From contig JBBFKW010000009.1 in NCBI GenBank assembly GCA_037481835.1, positions 147,886 to 178,049 on the forward strand: DNA of 30,164 nt, in the 5' to 3' direction. Position 1 is the stretch's first letter, and the number at the start of each line of letters is the position of its first letter. Below the pieces are notes generated by a model, which did no database searches, had not been told where the DNA came from, and worked only from the letters and a program-made list of their open reading frames with translations. This DNA is from Desulfosoma sp. (GTDB lineage Bacteria; Desulfobacterota; Syntrophobacteria; Syntrophobacterales; DSM-9756). Of the stretch, positions 6,308 through 16,010 are shown piece after piece. A program made the position numbers and the translations under genes.

Positions 6308-7962
6308 AATGTTTTTTCCGGGGTCAACATGCCGTGTTTGATCAGCCAATCCACGTGAAGAAGGGCCATTTCGCGAGATAGCCCATATTCCGTGCAACCG
6401 GATTTCACCAGATCCCCGATGGTCTTGGGGTCGAAAGCCGTCTGCTCCAGCATGGCATCCAGAACGGCATCCTGCAGGTGGCAGGCCGTCTCCACATAGC
6501 GTGTTGGACGAAAATCTTGGCTTCGTCGCCCTCGCCCATACGGACCAAGCATGACCGGCACACTCTCGTTCAGGATGCAGCTGGGATAATGCCGGAAGAT
6601 TCGCCCCGTCGAGGGCGCGATCAAAGACCTGGGCTCGGCCGGCATTGACCGGTCCCTGGCGGCCATCGCTATGAGATCCTTCCACAGCCCCACATAAGCC
6701 TGCACCACCCGAGGCCATCGGAACTCCTCCGCACGCTTCCTGGCCTTTTCCGCAAAAGCAGCCCGGACATCCGAACGACACACCAATGCTGAGAGGAATT
6801 CCAAAAAGAGGTCCATATGGAAGGAAACCTTTTGCGCCAGGTGATAACGGAGCTGGTCAGGGTCAAGGAGCCCTGCCAAGGATTCCCATGGCTCATGACT
6901 GCAGCTTGCCCACGTGGGTATGAGGAACCCCGTTTCCCCATGGACCACCAGGTCCCTGTAGCCGTCAAAGTCCGTGGCAAGGATGGGAAGCCCGGCTTCC
7001 ATGGCTTCCAGCAGGGTTAGACCGAATGTTTCTTGATAATTGTCCGCAAGAGAACAGAAAAGATCGGCGGCCGCATAAAGCCTGTCTTTTTCTTCCCTAC
7101 TGACGTTGGGAACCACCCGCACCCCACGGGACAAGTCCAGCGATCGAACAAGCTCATAGAGCAATTCCACGTCGTTTCGCCGTCCCGCCCCGGCCAGCAC
7201 CAAGGTGACCTTCATTTCGCTTGGGCGCCACACTTTTTCCCACAGCCAGGCGAATCCTTCCAGCAGAGGGCTCAGGTCCATCTTCGTCCTTGGCGAGAGC
7301 CGGCCAAGGCTCAAAATCACCACCTCATCCTCGGAAAAGTGCAAGCGCCGCCGGGCCTCGGTCCTGCTCGGCAGGGGTTGCGCTCTTTCAGGAAGTCCCA
7401 GTGGGATGTGAACGAGCCTGGGAGGCTCCGGCGGCGTGCCGCCGAGCCTGCGTTCAAAGCCATCGCGAATTGCCTGAAACGAGCTGGAAAGCATCTCGAC
7501 GGCGGCCTTGCTTGTGCATACGATGGCGTCGTAGGGTTTGGGCGCGGCAAGGAGGACCTGCATAAACTTGGCATAGAGCCTTGCGGTATCCAGCGAGTGG
7601 GTCACTCCGGTTACCGGAAAGCGCCGTCCCACCGGCAAGCTGTTTCGCCATTCAATCAGATAGGGCATAAAGTATGTAAAGTCCCCATTATGAAAAACGT
7701 CGGCGGGGAACCTTTCGTGACCCCATGGAAGAAGACTTCTCGGCAGAACGCGGATCCGTTCCATCGCTTCCGGAACCTGAGCGGCGAAGCGATCCCGAAA
7801 ATACCCATCGGCTCCGGCGTCACCACAATAAAAAAGGTAAGAATGGCAGGCCCCTGAGCGCAGAAGCGCCAGCACAAACTGCTCATTGGCCACGGGCATG
7901 CCCATCTTGTGCTGCCAGAAGGGATCGGCAATGAGAAAGGGATCTACGGAGGCCCATCTCAT
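6280..7962 (-). CDS. Glycosyltransferase family 4 (GT-B), candidate flagellin glycan transferase
   Basis: ILSLGRLS..K and the E-X7-E motif ETFGLTLLEAMEAGLPILATDFDGY.D.V..GETGFLI. Directly upstream of flagellin. Alternative TTG start at 7968. Confidence 0.9.
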   Translation of the reverse strand: MRWASVDPFLIADPFWQHKMGMPVANEQFVLALLRSGACHSYLFYCGDAGADGYFRDRFAAQVPEAMERIRVLPRSLLPWGHERFPADVFHNGDFTYFMPYLIEWRNSLPVGRRFPVTGVTHSLDTARLYAKFMQVLLAAPKPYDAIVCTSKAAVEMLSSSFQAIRDGFERRLGGTPPEPPRLVHIPLGLPERAQPLPSRTEARRRLHFSEDEVVILSLGRLSPRTKMDLSPLLEGFAWLWEKVWRPSEMKVTLVLAGAGRRNDVELLYELVRSLDLSRGVRVVPNVSREEKDRLYAAADLFCSLADNYQETFGLTLLEAMEAGLPILATDFDGYRDLVVHGETGFLIPTWASCSHEPWESLAGLLDPDQLRYHLAQKVSFHMDLFLEFLSALVCRSDVRAAFAEKARKRAEEFRWPRVVQAYVGLWKDLIAMAARDRSMPAEPRSLIAPSTGRIFRHYPSCILNESVPVMLGPYGRGRRSQDFRPTRYVETACHLQDAVLDAMLEQTAFDPKTIGDLVKSGCTEYGLSREMALLHVDWLIKHGMLTPEKTFNVPPRPCR

Positions 7963-7975
7963 GGTCAAGGCCCTT

Positions 7976-9616
7976 TTACGTCTTCTCGGAAAGATGAACC
8001 AAGTCCCCGCTCCATTGGTTCAGGCACGCGGCAAGGCGAGCGAGTTCCTTTTTTCCTTGGCGCTCAAGTAAATCGGCCAGGGCAAGGAAAGGGGGCAGAG
8101 ACGGTTCGCAGGGGTCCCCCAACGCGCCACAATCAATCGCCAAGGCAAGAGCCTCCTCAGCGGCTTTTCCGGCAGCGCGGTCATTTCGTTCCATGGCCAT
8201 CTGCGCAAACGCCAGGAGTACTGCCACCTTTAAACACCCTTTTTGCACAAGGTCTTTAAATGCTTCGTAAGCTTCCCCGTTTCGTCCACACTGCCAGTAC
8301 AAATTGGCGAGACGAATCCGGGCACTTTCCAAGCCGGGAGCGGTCTCAAGAGCCTTTTTCCAATGGGCCTCCGCCTGCCGTTTTTCTCCCCGAAGACGAC
8401 AGAGCTCACCCCATTGATCCCACGCCTCTGCGGCAAGAAATCCGTACTGAAGAGCCTCCTTGAAAGCCATTTCGGACAAGCTCGTCATCCCTGCTTCCGC
8501 AGCGCACATTCCCACCTGTTCCCAGGCTTCCCGACGGGCGACGGGATCCGGCAAGGCCTGGAGGCACGAGCGGGCGTCGCCAACACGGTCCAGAGCGAAG
8601 AGGCTACAGGCGATGCGTGCCGCCACATCCTGCGGACGCAATCGAGGTACCGGAATGGGCAGCGGGACCTGAAGGTCGGGGTCCACTTTCAGAAGAAAAC
8701 GGAGTGCCCACGCGTGGTTCCCGAGCCGTTGCCAGAGGGCTCCAATACGATAAAGCGTTACGGCATCCAGCCCGTCAAGGCATTGGACACGCGTAAGGCA
8801 CCTCCGAGCTTCCTCCAGATTGCCAAGCTGGATCCACTCGCCGGCCAGAACCAGGTGCGTATCCAGCCAGTAGGGCTTCAGCCTCGCCCATTGGTTCTGA
8901 TCCCCGCGGAATCGCACTCTGTCCAGTTGCTCCACGACCTTGGACATGTGGGCGATGGCAAGATCCCCCCTGCCCAAACGACTATACGAAATGGCCAGAT
9001 AGTAATGAAGGGTCGGATCGTTTCGGGACGACTCCCTTTCGCGTTGAAGCAACCGAATGTTTCTCAGCTCTTTTCGGGCCACGACGTCCGGGTCGTTGTA
9101 GCCATGGTGCGTCAAGACAATGTTCGTATTGACCAGATGCACATGGTCAGCCAAAGCATCCCAGTCGATGGCCTCGTGTATTCTTCCCTGAAATCTTATG
9201 TTTTTGCGGTTGGGGAAACAGCGCACCTGGAAAAGCGAGCAATTGATCTGCCCCTCGCGAATGTCTCTGAGCTCAAAGGCAAAAGCGCGAAGCCCATCAA
9301 AGTGTTTTTTGAGCTCGCGGATCTTGTGGGCGTTTTCTCCATCCACCCGATCATCCGCATCCCACCATAGACAGTAGGAACACGTGGCTTTGTCCAAAGA
9401 AAAATTTCGAGCCGCGGCAAAATCATCGTGCCATGCATAGTGAAAGACTTGAGGGGTAAAAGAGCGAGCCAAGTCGGGCGTTCCGTCCGTTGAGCCCGTA
9501 TCCACAACGACGATTTCATCGGCGAACCCCTGCACCGATGAGAGAGCCTCTTGGATATTGGCCGCCTCATCTTTCACGATCATGCAGACAGATAACTTTC
9601 CGGCCTTTGCCCTCAT
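7976..9616 (-). CDS. Glycosyltransferase family 2 with C-terminal TPR repeats
   Basis: LSVCMIVKDE, DEIVVVDTGSTDGT, W.DDFAAARN, DADD (DxD), F.GRIHE, H.GY, followed by helical TPR-like repeats. Confidence 0.92.
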   Translation of the reverse strand: MRAKAGKLSVCMIVKDEAANIQEALSSVQGFADEIVVVDTGSTDGTPDLARSFTPQVFHYAWHDDFAAARNFSLDKATCSYCLWWDADDRVDGENAHKIRELKKHFDGLRAFAFELRDIREGQINCSLFQVRCFPNRKNIRFQGRIHEAIDWDALADHVHLVNTNIVLTHHGYNDPDVVARKELRNIRLLQRERESSRNDPTLHYYLAISYSRLGRGDLAIAHMSKVVEQLDRVRFRGDQNQWARLKPYWLDTHLVLAGEWIQLGNLEEARRCLTRVQCLDGLDAVTLYRIGALWQRLGNHAWALRFLLKVDPDLQVPLPIPVPRLRPQDVAARIACSLFALDRVGDARSCLQALPDPVARREAWEQVGMCAAEAGMTSLSEMAFKEALQYGFLAAEAWDQWGELCRLRGEKRQAEAHWKKALETAPGLESARIRLANLYWQCGRNGEAYEAFKDLVQKGCLKVAVLLAFAQMAMERNDRAAGKAAEEALALAIDCGALGDPCEPSLPPFLALADLLERQGKKELARLAACLNQWSGDLVHLSEKT

Positions 9617-9712
9617 GGGGGATGACTCCGTGGCCTATCCAATGCGATCTAAAACCAGTGCACCATCGCCAGGAACAGACAGGGCAGACCTATTCGGTTT
9701 TTCAGGGTACTT

Positions 9713-11332
9713 TCAACCAGGATGCCCCTCCACAGTCCTGAGAAGAGAAACAGCCTCCGGTTTTCTGCCCAGTCTGGCGTAGACGGCAGCCAAACGGCGC
9801 CTGATTTCCCGGTTGGCGGGGTCTTTCTCGGCCATGCGGGACAACACCCGGGCGGCTTCCTCAAACCGTTCCGTCTTGATACAGCACACGGCCAGGGCAT
9901 CCAAGACCAGGGCGGGACAATCCTCGGATTGCTCCGCAATAAAATTCAAGACAGTCATCAGTTGGGGAAGCCAGCCTTCCTTGAAACATCGTTCCACCAA
10001 AAGGGGAAAAATGCTCCGGGCATCCGGATTTCGGAAAAACTCAACTCCCGCTTCTCGCAGAACAAAAGCAGCCTCTTGAAGGGATCCCAAACGCACCAGA
10101 GCATAGACCCAAGGAGGTCCCACCGACGACCACGATGCTCCCTCCGCCTTAGCCTCCCCGAGATGACGCGCCGCCGCAACAGGATCCCCCAATTGGAGCG
10201 TACACAGGCCCAAGAGAGCCAGCCCCACAGCATCACGCGACTTCATCCGCAGGAAGCGTTGGAGGAACTGGTAGGCCAAGGTGTGGTTTCCCGTTTCGTA
10301 AGCGCTCCGACCCACAAGCCACAAAAGTTCGGGCTCCGAATAGTACTCCTCAGAACTCAAGTCGCTTCGTCGCATTTCCAAAGGTAGCCTTTGGAATTGA
10401 TAAGCGGCAAGCAGAAACGGCAGGGCTTCTGAATATTTTTGTTGATGATATAGGGATAGCCCCAGAAACAATTTACCAGTGTGCTGATTGGGAGTCACCT
10501 TGAGGGAGGATCGAGCATACTCTTCAGCCTTTTTGTAGTTTTTCCTGTAAAGATGGTGGTACGAGAGCAGATTGAAAACAAGGGATCGAAGATTGTCCGT
10601 CGGGGGATCTAGAGCATGGGCTTTTTCAAGGTATTCCAGGCTTCCATCATGCTCACCCCTTACCAGCAAGGTGACTCCCATGTAGTAGTGCGCAAAAGAA
10701 TCCTCCGGATGCTCCCGGACGTACGCCTTCAACAGACCCAGATTGCGCTCAATTTTCTCTTGAAGCCGCTCTTCGCTGACGGCGTACCCCCAATGGCGAA
10801 TCGCCACGGGAGCCCGATCCAAAGGCATTCCCATGCGGAGGAGGGAGTTAGAGACACCCTCATGGACTCTTCCTTCGAAACGAACCCCTTGGCATTTTTT
10901 AAAAAAGCGAACGGCCCAGTGATAAGATGGGCTGCCCTGGAGCTTGACGTTTTCGATGGGAATGAGGTAGGCCGCAGCATCGGCGCACGCCGCCAACTGC
11001 CGCAAGGTCACCCCTTCTGGCGATGGCAGGAGCTCCTCGTCGGCATCCAACCACAGGACCCAATCCCCCGTGGCGTGCTGGACAGACACGTTCCTGGCCG
11101 CCGAGAAGTCATTATTCCATTGAAACTCCAGCACCTTGGCCCCATATAGAGCCGCTATATCCCTCGTCCGATCTTGCGAACCGGTGTCGACCACAATGAT
11201 CTCATCCACCTGGTCTCGGACGCTGTCCAGGCAGCGGGGCAGATTCGCCTCTTCGTTTCGCACAATCATGCAAAGGGATATGGTCACATCCTTCGATGGG
11301 GTCATTTGCAAGACAGGCTCCGTTGTCGTCAT
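9713..11332 (-). CDS. Glycosyltransferase family 2 with C-terminal TPR repeats
   Basis: ISLCMIVRNEE, DEIIVVDTGS.D.T, W.NDFSAARN, WLDADE, FEGRVHE, IRHWGY, KIERNL.LL, followed by TPR repeats. Confidence 0.93.
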   Translation of the reverse strand: MTTTEPVLQMTPSKDVTISLCMIVRNEEANLPRCLDSVRDQVDEIIVVDTGSQDRTRDIAALYGAKVLEFQWNNDFSAARNVSVQHATGDWVLWLDADEELLPSPEGVTLRQLAACADAAAYLIPIENVKLQGSPSYHWAVRFFKKCQGVRFEGRVHEGVSNSLLRMGMPLDRAPVAIRHWGYAVSEERLQEKIERNLGLLKAYVREHPEDSFAHYYMGVTLLVRGEHDGSLEYLEKAHALDPPTDNLRSLVFNLLSYHHLYRKNYKKAEEYARSSLKVTPNQHTGKLFLGLSLYHQQKYSEALPFLLAAYQFQRLPLEMRRSDLSSEEYYSEPELLWLVGRSAYETGNHTLAYQFLQRFLRMKSRDAVGLALLGLCTLQLGDPVAAARHLGEAKAEGASWSSVGPPWVYALVRLGSLQEAAFVLREAGVEFFRNPDARSIFPLLVERCFKEGWLPQLMTVLNFIAEQSEDCPALVLDALAVCCIKTERFEEAARVLSRMAEKDPANREIRRRLAAVYARLGRKPEAVSLLRTVEGHPG

Positions 11333-11335
11333 CCC

Positions 11336-12370
11336 TCAAGCGGGTCCCTGCCGTTCCAGGCCGCCACGAGCTCTCTCGAGGGCCTTCAGGATTTCGGCCG
11401 ATTGCCCGTCCAGGGCGCGGCCCTGCTCCAACACCTCCACGGCCTCTTCAAAGGAACCCAGTTGCATGTAGAGCTGCCCAAGGCGCAAATACCCTTCGGG
11501 ATGCTCCGGCCGGATGCGCAGAGCCCGAGCGTAGGCTTCCCCAGCCCCCTGCAGGTCGCCGCAGCGGGACAGCTCCTCTCCCATCTGCAAATACACGTCG
11601 GCCGCCTTGCCATCCAGCCCGTCGGGGCGCCATGCCTGTCCTAGCCGCCAGATCACATCCCGGTACTCCGACCATACCGCGGTGTCTTGCGGATGTTCGG
11701 ATAGGTACAGTTCCAACAGCTGGGAGGCGGTCTCATGATGTTCCGCTGCGCTGAGGGCCCGGGCGCAATTGAGAACGATTTCTCCGTCCCGCGGAGCTCG
11801 ATCCAAAGCCTGACTGAAGTATTCCAAAGCCTTGAGGAGATCCCCTTCCTTCCAGCATAGCACGCCCAGATCGTTATAGGCTTGGGCGTTTTGCGGATTT
11901 CTCCCGACAGCGATCTCAAAACAGATCCGGGCTTGATGGAAACGCCCCTTTTGGAATTCCTCCTCCCCGACACGAACCAGGATGGCGGCAATGTCCGCCT
12001 CTCCGTCATTTTTCTGACACTCCTTAAAAACACCTTCTTGGCGAGCCGGCAGACGGTCGAGCCATTCCTGAAGCTGGGGATCAGCCGGCGCGCGTTCCAT
12101 GCACGCTTGAAGGATGTCGCGCGCATCCTTTTCCCGGCCGCATTCCACAAAAACGCTCACACAGTGGCGGATCGTGTCGCGGTCATCGGGATCCAATTGG
12201 AGCGCCTTTTCCAGGGCATCCAGGGCCTCCCGGATCCGCCCTTTTTTCCACAGTGCGTAGCCCCACCGGCTCCATGCCCCGGCATCGTAGGGATGCTGGG
12301 CCAGATATTCTTCCATGGTCTGCCCATCCACATCCTCGGACCCAACCGCCAAAAATCTGCCACCATTCAT
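11336..12370 (-). CDS. Tetratricopeptide repeat protein (344 aa)
   Basis: Repeated TPR units (ALDALEKALQLDPDD, AYNDLGVLCW..G....ALEYF.QAL...P, AY.RAL.I.P..PEGY.RLG.LY). ATG at 12370 behind GGAGG. Confidence 0.88.
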   Translation of the reverse strand: MNGGRFLAVGSEDVDGQTMEEYLAQHPYDAGAWSRWGYALWKKGRIREALDALEKALQLDPDDRDTIRHCVSVFVECGREKDARDILQACMERAPADPQLQEWLDRLPARQEGVFKECQKNDGEADIAAILVRVGEEEFQKGRFHQARICFEIAVGRNPQNAQAYNDLGVLCWKEGDLLKALEYFSQALDRAPRDGEIVLNCARALSAAEHHETASQLLELYLSEHPQDTAVWSEYRDVIWRLGQAWRPDGLDGKAADVYLQMGEELSRCGDLQGAGEAYARALRIRPEHPEGYLRLGQLYMQLGSFEEAVEVLEQGRALDGQSAEILKALERARGGLERQGPA

Positions 12371-12498
12371 GATAGCCTCCAAACTTGCGCTGACTGTGTG
12401 CACGCCCAACATCTTACTCAGTGGCCGAAAAGGGGATGCCCCCGAATTGGGAATCTCTTTCTCCGTTCGCTCCCTTGGGCATCGCCTGCCAGGGAGGA

Positions 12499-12514
12499 AG
12501 CAAACCTCATGCCC
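12499..12514 (-). promoter_or_regulatory. Sigma54 (-24/-12) promoter for the TPR-GT2-GT2-GT4 operon
   Basis: Minus strand GGGCAT-GAGGT-TTGCT, GG-N10-GC spacing, close to the TGGCAC-N5-TTGC consensus. Confidence 0.65.
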
Positions 12515-12733
12515 ATACGGCCATGGGAAGTGCCGAAGGTTTCCGGACAAAATCCAACGTGCCGGATCATCCGCGGTTTACCGAAAAGGCAAAGCCACGG
12601 TTCGGGCATGTTTCCTCTCAACCGGATGGCCCGGCCAATTCCTTGACCATTCCGACAAGGTTTGCTAGATAGGACGATGGATTCATTTGCAACATCCCTT
12701 GCAAGACAACGCCAACTATCGACTTACCACATG

Positions 12734-12749
12734 TGGTATGATCCTTGCT
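12734..12749 (+). promoter_or_regulatory. Sigma54 (-24/-12) promoter for the sugar biosynthesis cluster
   Basis: TGGTAT-GATCC-TTGCT, GG-N10-GC spacing, about 80 nt upstream of the rfbF ATG. Confidence 0.65.
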
Positions 12750-12826
12750 CAAAGCCGATGTAACCGAGTTGCCGGAGGTCTGAACAGGGGCCTTGTCATC
12801 CCCAAACACTCGATGTGGGACGAACC

Positions 12827-13603
12827 ATGAAAGTCGTGATCCTGTGTGGAGGACTGGGGACACGGTTGCGCGAAGAAACCGAGTTTCGCCCCAAACCCAT
12901 GGTCTACATCGGCAACCGCCCCATCTTGTGGCACATCATGAAGATCTATGCCCATTATGGGTACAGAGAATTTATATTGTGCCTGGGATACAAGGGCGAA
13001 ATGATCAAGGAGTATTTCTATAACTACGAACTCCTTAACAGCGATTTTACCATAGAATACGGCAACTCCAAACGGATCGAAATACACAGCGAAGTGGCGG
13101 AGAAGGGATGGAAAATCACGCTGGCCGACACCGGCGATAAATCCCTTAAGGGTGCCCGCCTCAAGATGATCGAAAAATATGTTGATGAAGACACCTTCAT
13201 GGTGACCTATGGAGACGGTGTGGCAGATATCGACATCCGTGCGCTGCTGGATTTCCATAATAAGCACGGACGGATGGCCACCGTCACAGGAGTCAAGCCC
13301 GTTTCCCGCTTTGGAGAACTCAAGGTCAAAGGCCATCTGGTCACCCGATTCATGGAAAAACCGGAAATCAGCTCGGCCCGCATCAGTGGGGGGTTCTTCG
13401 TTTTCAACAGAGCCATCTTTGATCATCTCAGGATCGACGACCCCATGGACCTGGAAGTGGGCACCTTAGACAAGATCGCCCAGATGGGGGAACTCATGGT
13501 TTACAATCACCCCGGTTTTTGGGCCTGTATGGATACCCTCAGGGACGTGGAATACCTGAACTCCTTGTGGCAGACTGGGAAGGCGCAATGGAAGGTGTGG
13601 TGA
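12827..13603 (+). CDS. rfbF: Glucose-1-phosphate cytidylyltransferase (RfbF/DdhA)
   Basis: MKVVILCGGLGTRLREETE.RPKPMV.IG.RPILWHIMK.Y, TYGDGV.D, GFW.CMDTLRD, A.WKVW. Confidence 0.96.
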   Translation: MKVVILCGGLGTRLREETEFRPKPMVYIGNRPILWHIMKIYAHYGYREFILCLGYKGEMIKEYFYNYELLNSDFTIEYGNSKRIEIHSEVAEKGWKITLADTGDKSLKGARLKMIEKYVDEDTFMVTYGDGVADIDIRALLDFHNKHGRMATVTGVKPVSRFGELKVKGHLVTRFMEKPEISSARISGGFFVFNRAIFDHLRIDDPMDLEVGTLDKIAQMGELMVYNHPGFWACMDTLRDVEYLNSLWQTGKAQWKVW

Positions 13604-13609
13604 CTCACC

Positions 13610-14668
13610 ATGCGTGGCGCCCTTCAAGATTTCTATTCCGGTCGGAGGGTTTTCCTCACCGGCCATACAGGCTTTAAAGGTTCGTGGCTTTCCTTATATT
13701 TGAACTCCCTGGGATGCAAGGTCGTTGGGTATGCACTGCCCCCTCCAACAGACCCGAGCCTGTTCCAAGTCGCTGACATCTCAAGGAAGGTCACCTCCTT
13801 TACGGGAGACATCCTGGATTTTACCAACCTCCTGGCAGCGTTTTCTCGGCATCACCCGGAAATTGTCTTTCACATGGCCGCCCAATCCCTCGTCCGATGC
13901 TCCTATAGTATCCCCTTGGAAACCCTTGCCACCAACGTGATGGGAACCGCTCACGTGCTGGAGGCCGCCAGGAAGACCGATTCTGTGCGGGTAGTGATCA
14001 TCGTGACCAGCGACAAATGCTATGAAAACGAAAACTGGGTGTGGGGATATCGGGAGAACGACCCTTTAGGCGGACACGACCCCTACAGTGCGAGCAAGGC
14101 CTGTGCCGAACTTATCACAAGGGCCTACACGCGATCCTTCTTCCAGGACTCGACCAAAGCGGTCTCCTCCGTGCGGGCCGGTAACGTCCTCGGGGGAGGC
14201 GATTGGGCCCAGGACCGCCTTGTCCCTGACTGCGTCAGATTCTTGACAAGCCGCAAGCCCATCGTCCTTCGCAACCCCCAAGCCGTCCGCCCCTGGCAGC
14301 ATGTCTTGGACGCCCTGACCGGATATCTGCTGCTGGCTCACAAGATGTATGAATCTCCCCACCAGTACTCAGGGGCATGGAATTTTGGACCGGGCGATGA
14401 CGCCATTTTGACGGTTCGAGAGGTGGCGGTAAGCATCACGGAGCATTGGGGCGAGGGATCTGTGGAAATTCTCCCGGATCCGGCCCTGCACGAGATGGGT
14501 ACTCTCAAGTTGGACAGTTCCAAGGCGAGGACGCTCTTGGGATGGCGTCCTCGATGGAGCATTCAGAAGACCATTGCCAAAACCGTGGAATGGTACAAGG
14601 CCCATGCGGCCGGCGAGGCCATGGAGATGGTGTGCCGGAACCAGATAAGAGAGTATCTGGAAGTATGA
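13610..14668 (+). CDS. rfbG: CDP-glucose 4,6-dehydratase (RfbG/DdhB)
   Basis: [59 protein letters not shown]. Confidence 0.96.
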   Translation: MRGALQDFYSGRRVFLTGHTGFKGSWLSLYLNSLGCKVVGYALPPPTDPSLFQVADISRKVTSFTGDILDFTNLLAAFSRHHPEIVFHMAAQSLVRCSYSIPLETLATNVMGTAHVLEAARKTDSVRVVIIVTSDKCYENENWVWGYRENDPLGGHDPYSASKACAELITRAYTRSFFQDSTKAVSSVRAGNVLGGGDWAQDRLVPDCVRFLTSRKPIVLRNPQAVRPWQHVLDALTGYLLLAHKMYESPHQYSGAWNFGPGDDAILTVREVAVSITEHWGEGSVEILPDPALHEMGTLKLDSSKARTLLGWRPRWSIQKTIAKTVEWYKAHAAGEAMEMVCRNQIREYLEV

Positions 14669-15999
14669 CCTTCGTGAATATGTGGAACGAAGGGCAACGT
14701 ATGCGCGGAGAAATCGAGCAGCACGTCCGCGCCTATTTTCAAACGGCCTTCGCACCTTCCCCCTTTATTCCCGGCGAAACCCCCATTCCCGCCTCGGGCA
14801 AGGTGTTCGACGCCGAGGAGATGGTCCACCTGGTGGACGCGGCGTTGGAGTTCTGGCTGACAACGGGACGTTTTGCCGCCTCCTTTGAAAAAGAACTGGC
14901 TCAATTCGTGGGCAGCGACCACGCCCTATTGGTCAATTCCGGATCTTCCGCAAACCTTTTGGCCATCAGCGCTCTGATGTCCCCTCAACTGGGCGAAAGG
15001 AGGCTGCAGCCCGGAGATGAGGTCATCACGGTAGCCGCCGGGTTCCCCACCACGGTGAATCCCATCGTCCAGAACAATCTGGTACCCGTTTTTGTGGACA
15101 TTTCCATCCCCACGTACAACGCGGATGCCGCTCTTTTGGAAAAAGCCCTCTCCCCCAAGACAAAAGCCGTCATTTTGGCGCACACCCTCGGCAACCCCTT
15201 TGATCTCGCCCTCGTGACGGAATTCTGCTCCACACATGGGCTTTGGCTCATCGAAGACTGTTGTGATGCCTTGGGATCCACCTACAAGGGGCGCAGGGTG
15301 GGCACTTTTGGAGACATGGCTACTTTCAGTTTTTATCCAGCCCATCATATCACCACGGGGGAAGGAGGGGCTGTGCTGACCAACAACTCCATGCTCAAAT
15401 CCATTGTGCGATCCTTGCGGGACTGGGGCAGGGATTGCTGGTGCGAGACGGGCACGGATAACAGCTGCAAGCGCCGGTTCCAGTGGAAGTTTGACGGCCT
15501 CCCGGAAGGATACGATCACAAGTATGTTTATTCCCACATCGGTTACAACCTCAAGGCCACCGATCTCCAGGCGGCGGTGGGTGTTGCCCAGATGAAAAAG
15601 CTGCCGACGTTTGTGCAATCACGAAAACGAAATTTCCACTTCCTTTATCAGGCCCTGGAAGCGTTCCAAGATTGGCTGGTCCTTCCCAAAGCCACCCCCG
15701 GCTCAGACCCCGCATGGTTCGGATTTCCCATGACCATCCGCTCCAACGCCCCATTTTCCCGCAATGATCTGGTTCAATTTCTCGAATCAAAAAAGATCGG
15801 CACGAGGCTGCTCTTTGCCGGCAATTTGCTGCGCCAACCCGCCTATCGCCATGTCCCCGTGCGGGTGGTGGAACCCTTGACAGTCACTGACACCGTGATG
15901 GAACGGACCTTGTGGGTCGGCACCTTTCCCGGGCTGACGGAACCCATGCTTCACTTTGTTGCGAACCAAATCGGCACCTTTATCGCCGAAAGGACCTGA
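14665..15999 (+). CDS. rfbH: CDP-4-keto-6-deoxy-D-glucose 3-dehydrase (RfbH/DdhC, E1)
   Basis: [24 protein letters not shown] (His in place of the aminotransferase Lys), Cys motif RDWGRDCWC......[24 protein letters not shown] at 14665 overlaps the rfbG stop; alternative start 14701. Confidence 0.95.
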   Translation: MTFVNMWNEGQRMRGEIEQHVRAYFQTAFAPSPFIPGETPIPASGKVFDAEEMVHLVDAALEFWLTTGRFAASFEKELAQFVGSDHALLVNSGSSANLLAISALMSPQLGERRLQPGDEVITVAAGFPTTVNPIVQNNLVPVFVDISIPTYNADAALLEKALSPKTKAVILAHTLGNPFDLALVTEFCSTHGLWLIEDCCDALGSTYKGRRVGTFGDMATFSFYPAHHITTGEGGAVLTNNSMLKSIVRSLRDWGRDCWCETGTDNSCKRRFQWKFDGLPEGYDHKYVYSHIGYNLKATDLQAAVGVAQMKKLPTFVQSRKRNFHFLYQALEAFQDWLVLPKATPGSDPAWFGFPMTIRSNAPFSRNDLVQFLESKKIGTRLLFAGNLLRQPAYRHVPVRVVEPLTVTDTVMERTLWVGTFPGLTEPMLHFVANQIGTFIAERT

Positions 16000-16010
16000 A
16001 AGGGAGCCCC

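Noticed and set aside
12371..12550. N-terminal extensions in the ORF track (TPR from 12550, rfbH from 14446, NeuB from 15912, radical SAM from 20667, FliT-like from 3017)
   Set aside because: They overlap promoters or upstream genes. Downstream starts with an RBS or stop/start coupling fit better.
12754..12761. GCCGATGT as a sigma28 -10 box upstream of rfbF
   Set aside because: No matching -35 element at the right distance; the sigma54 motif explains the region better.
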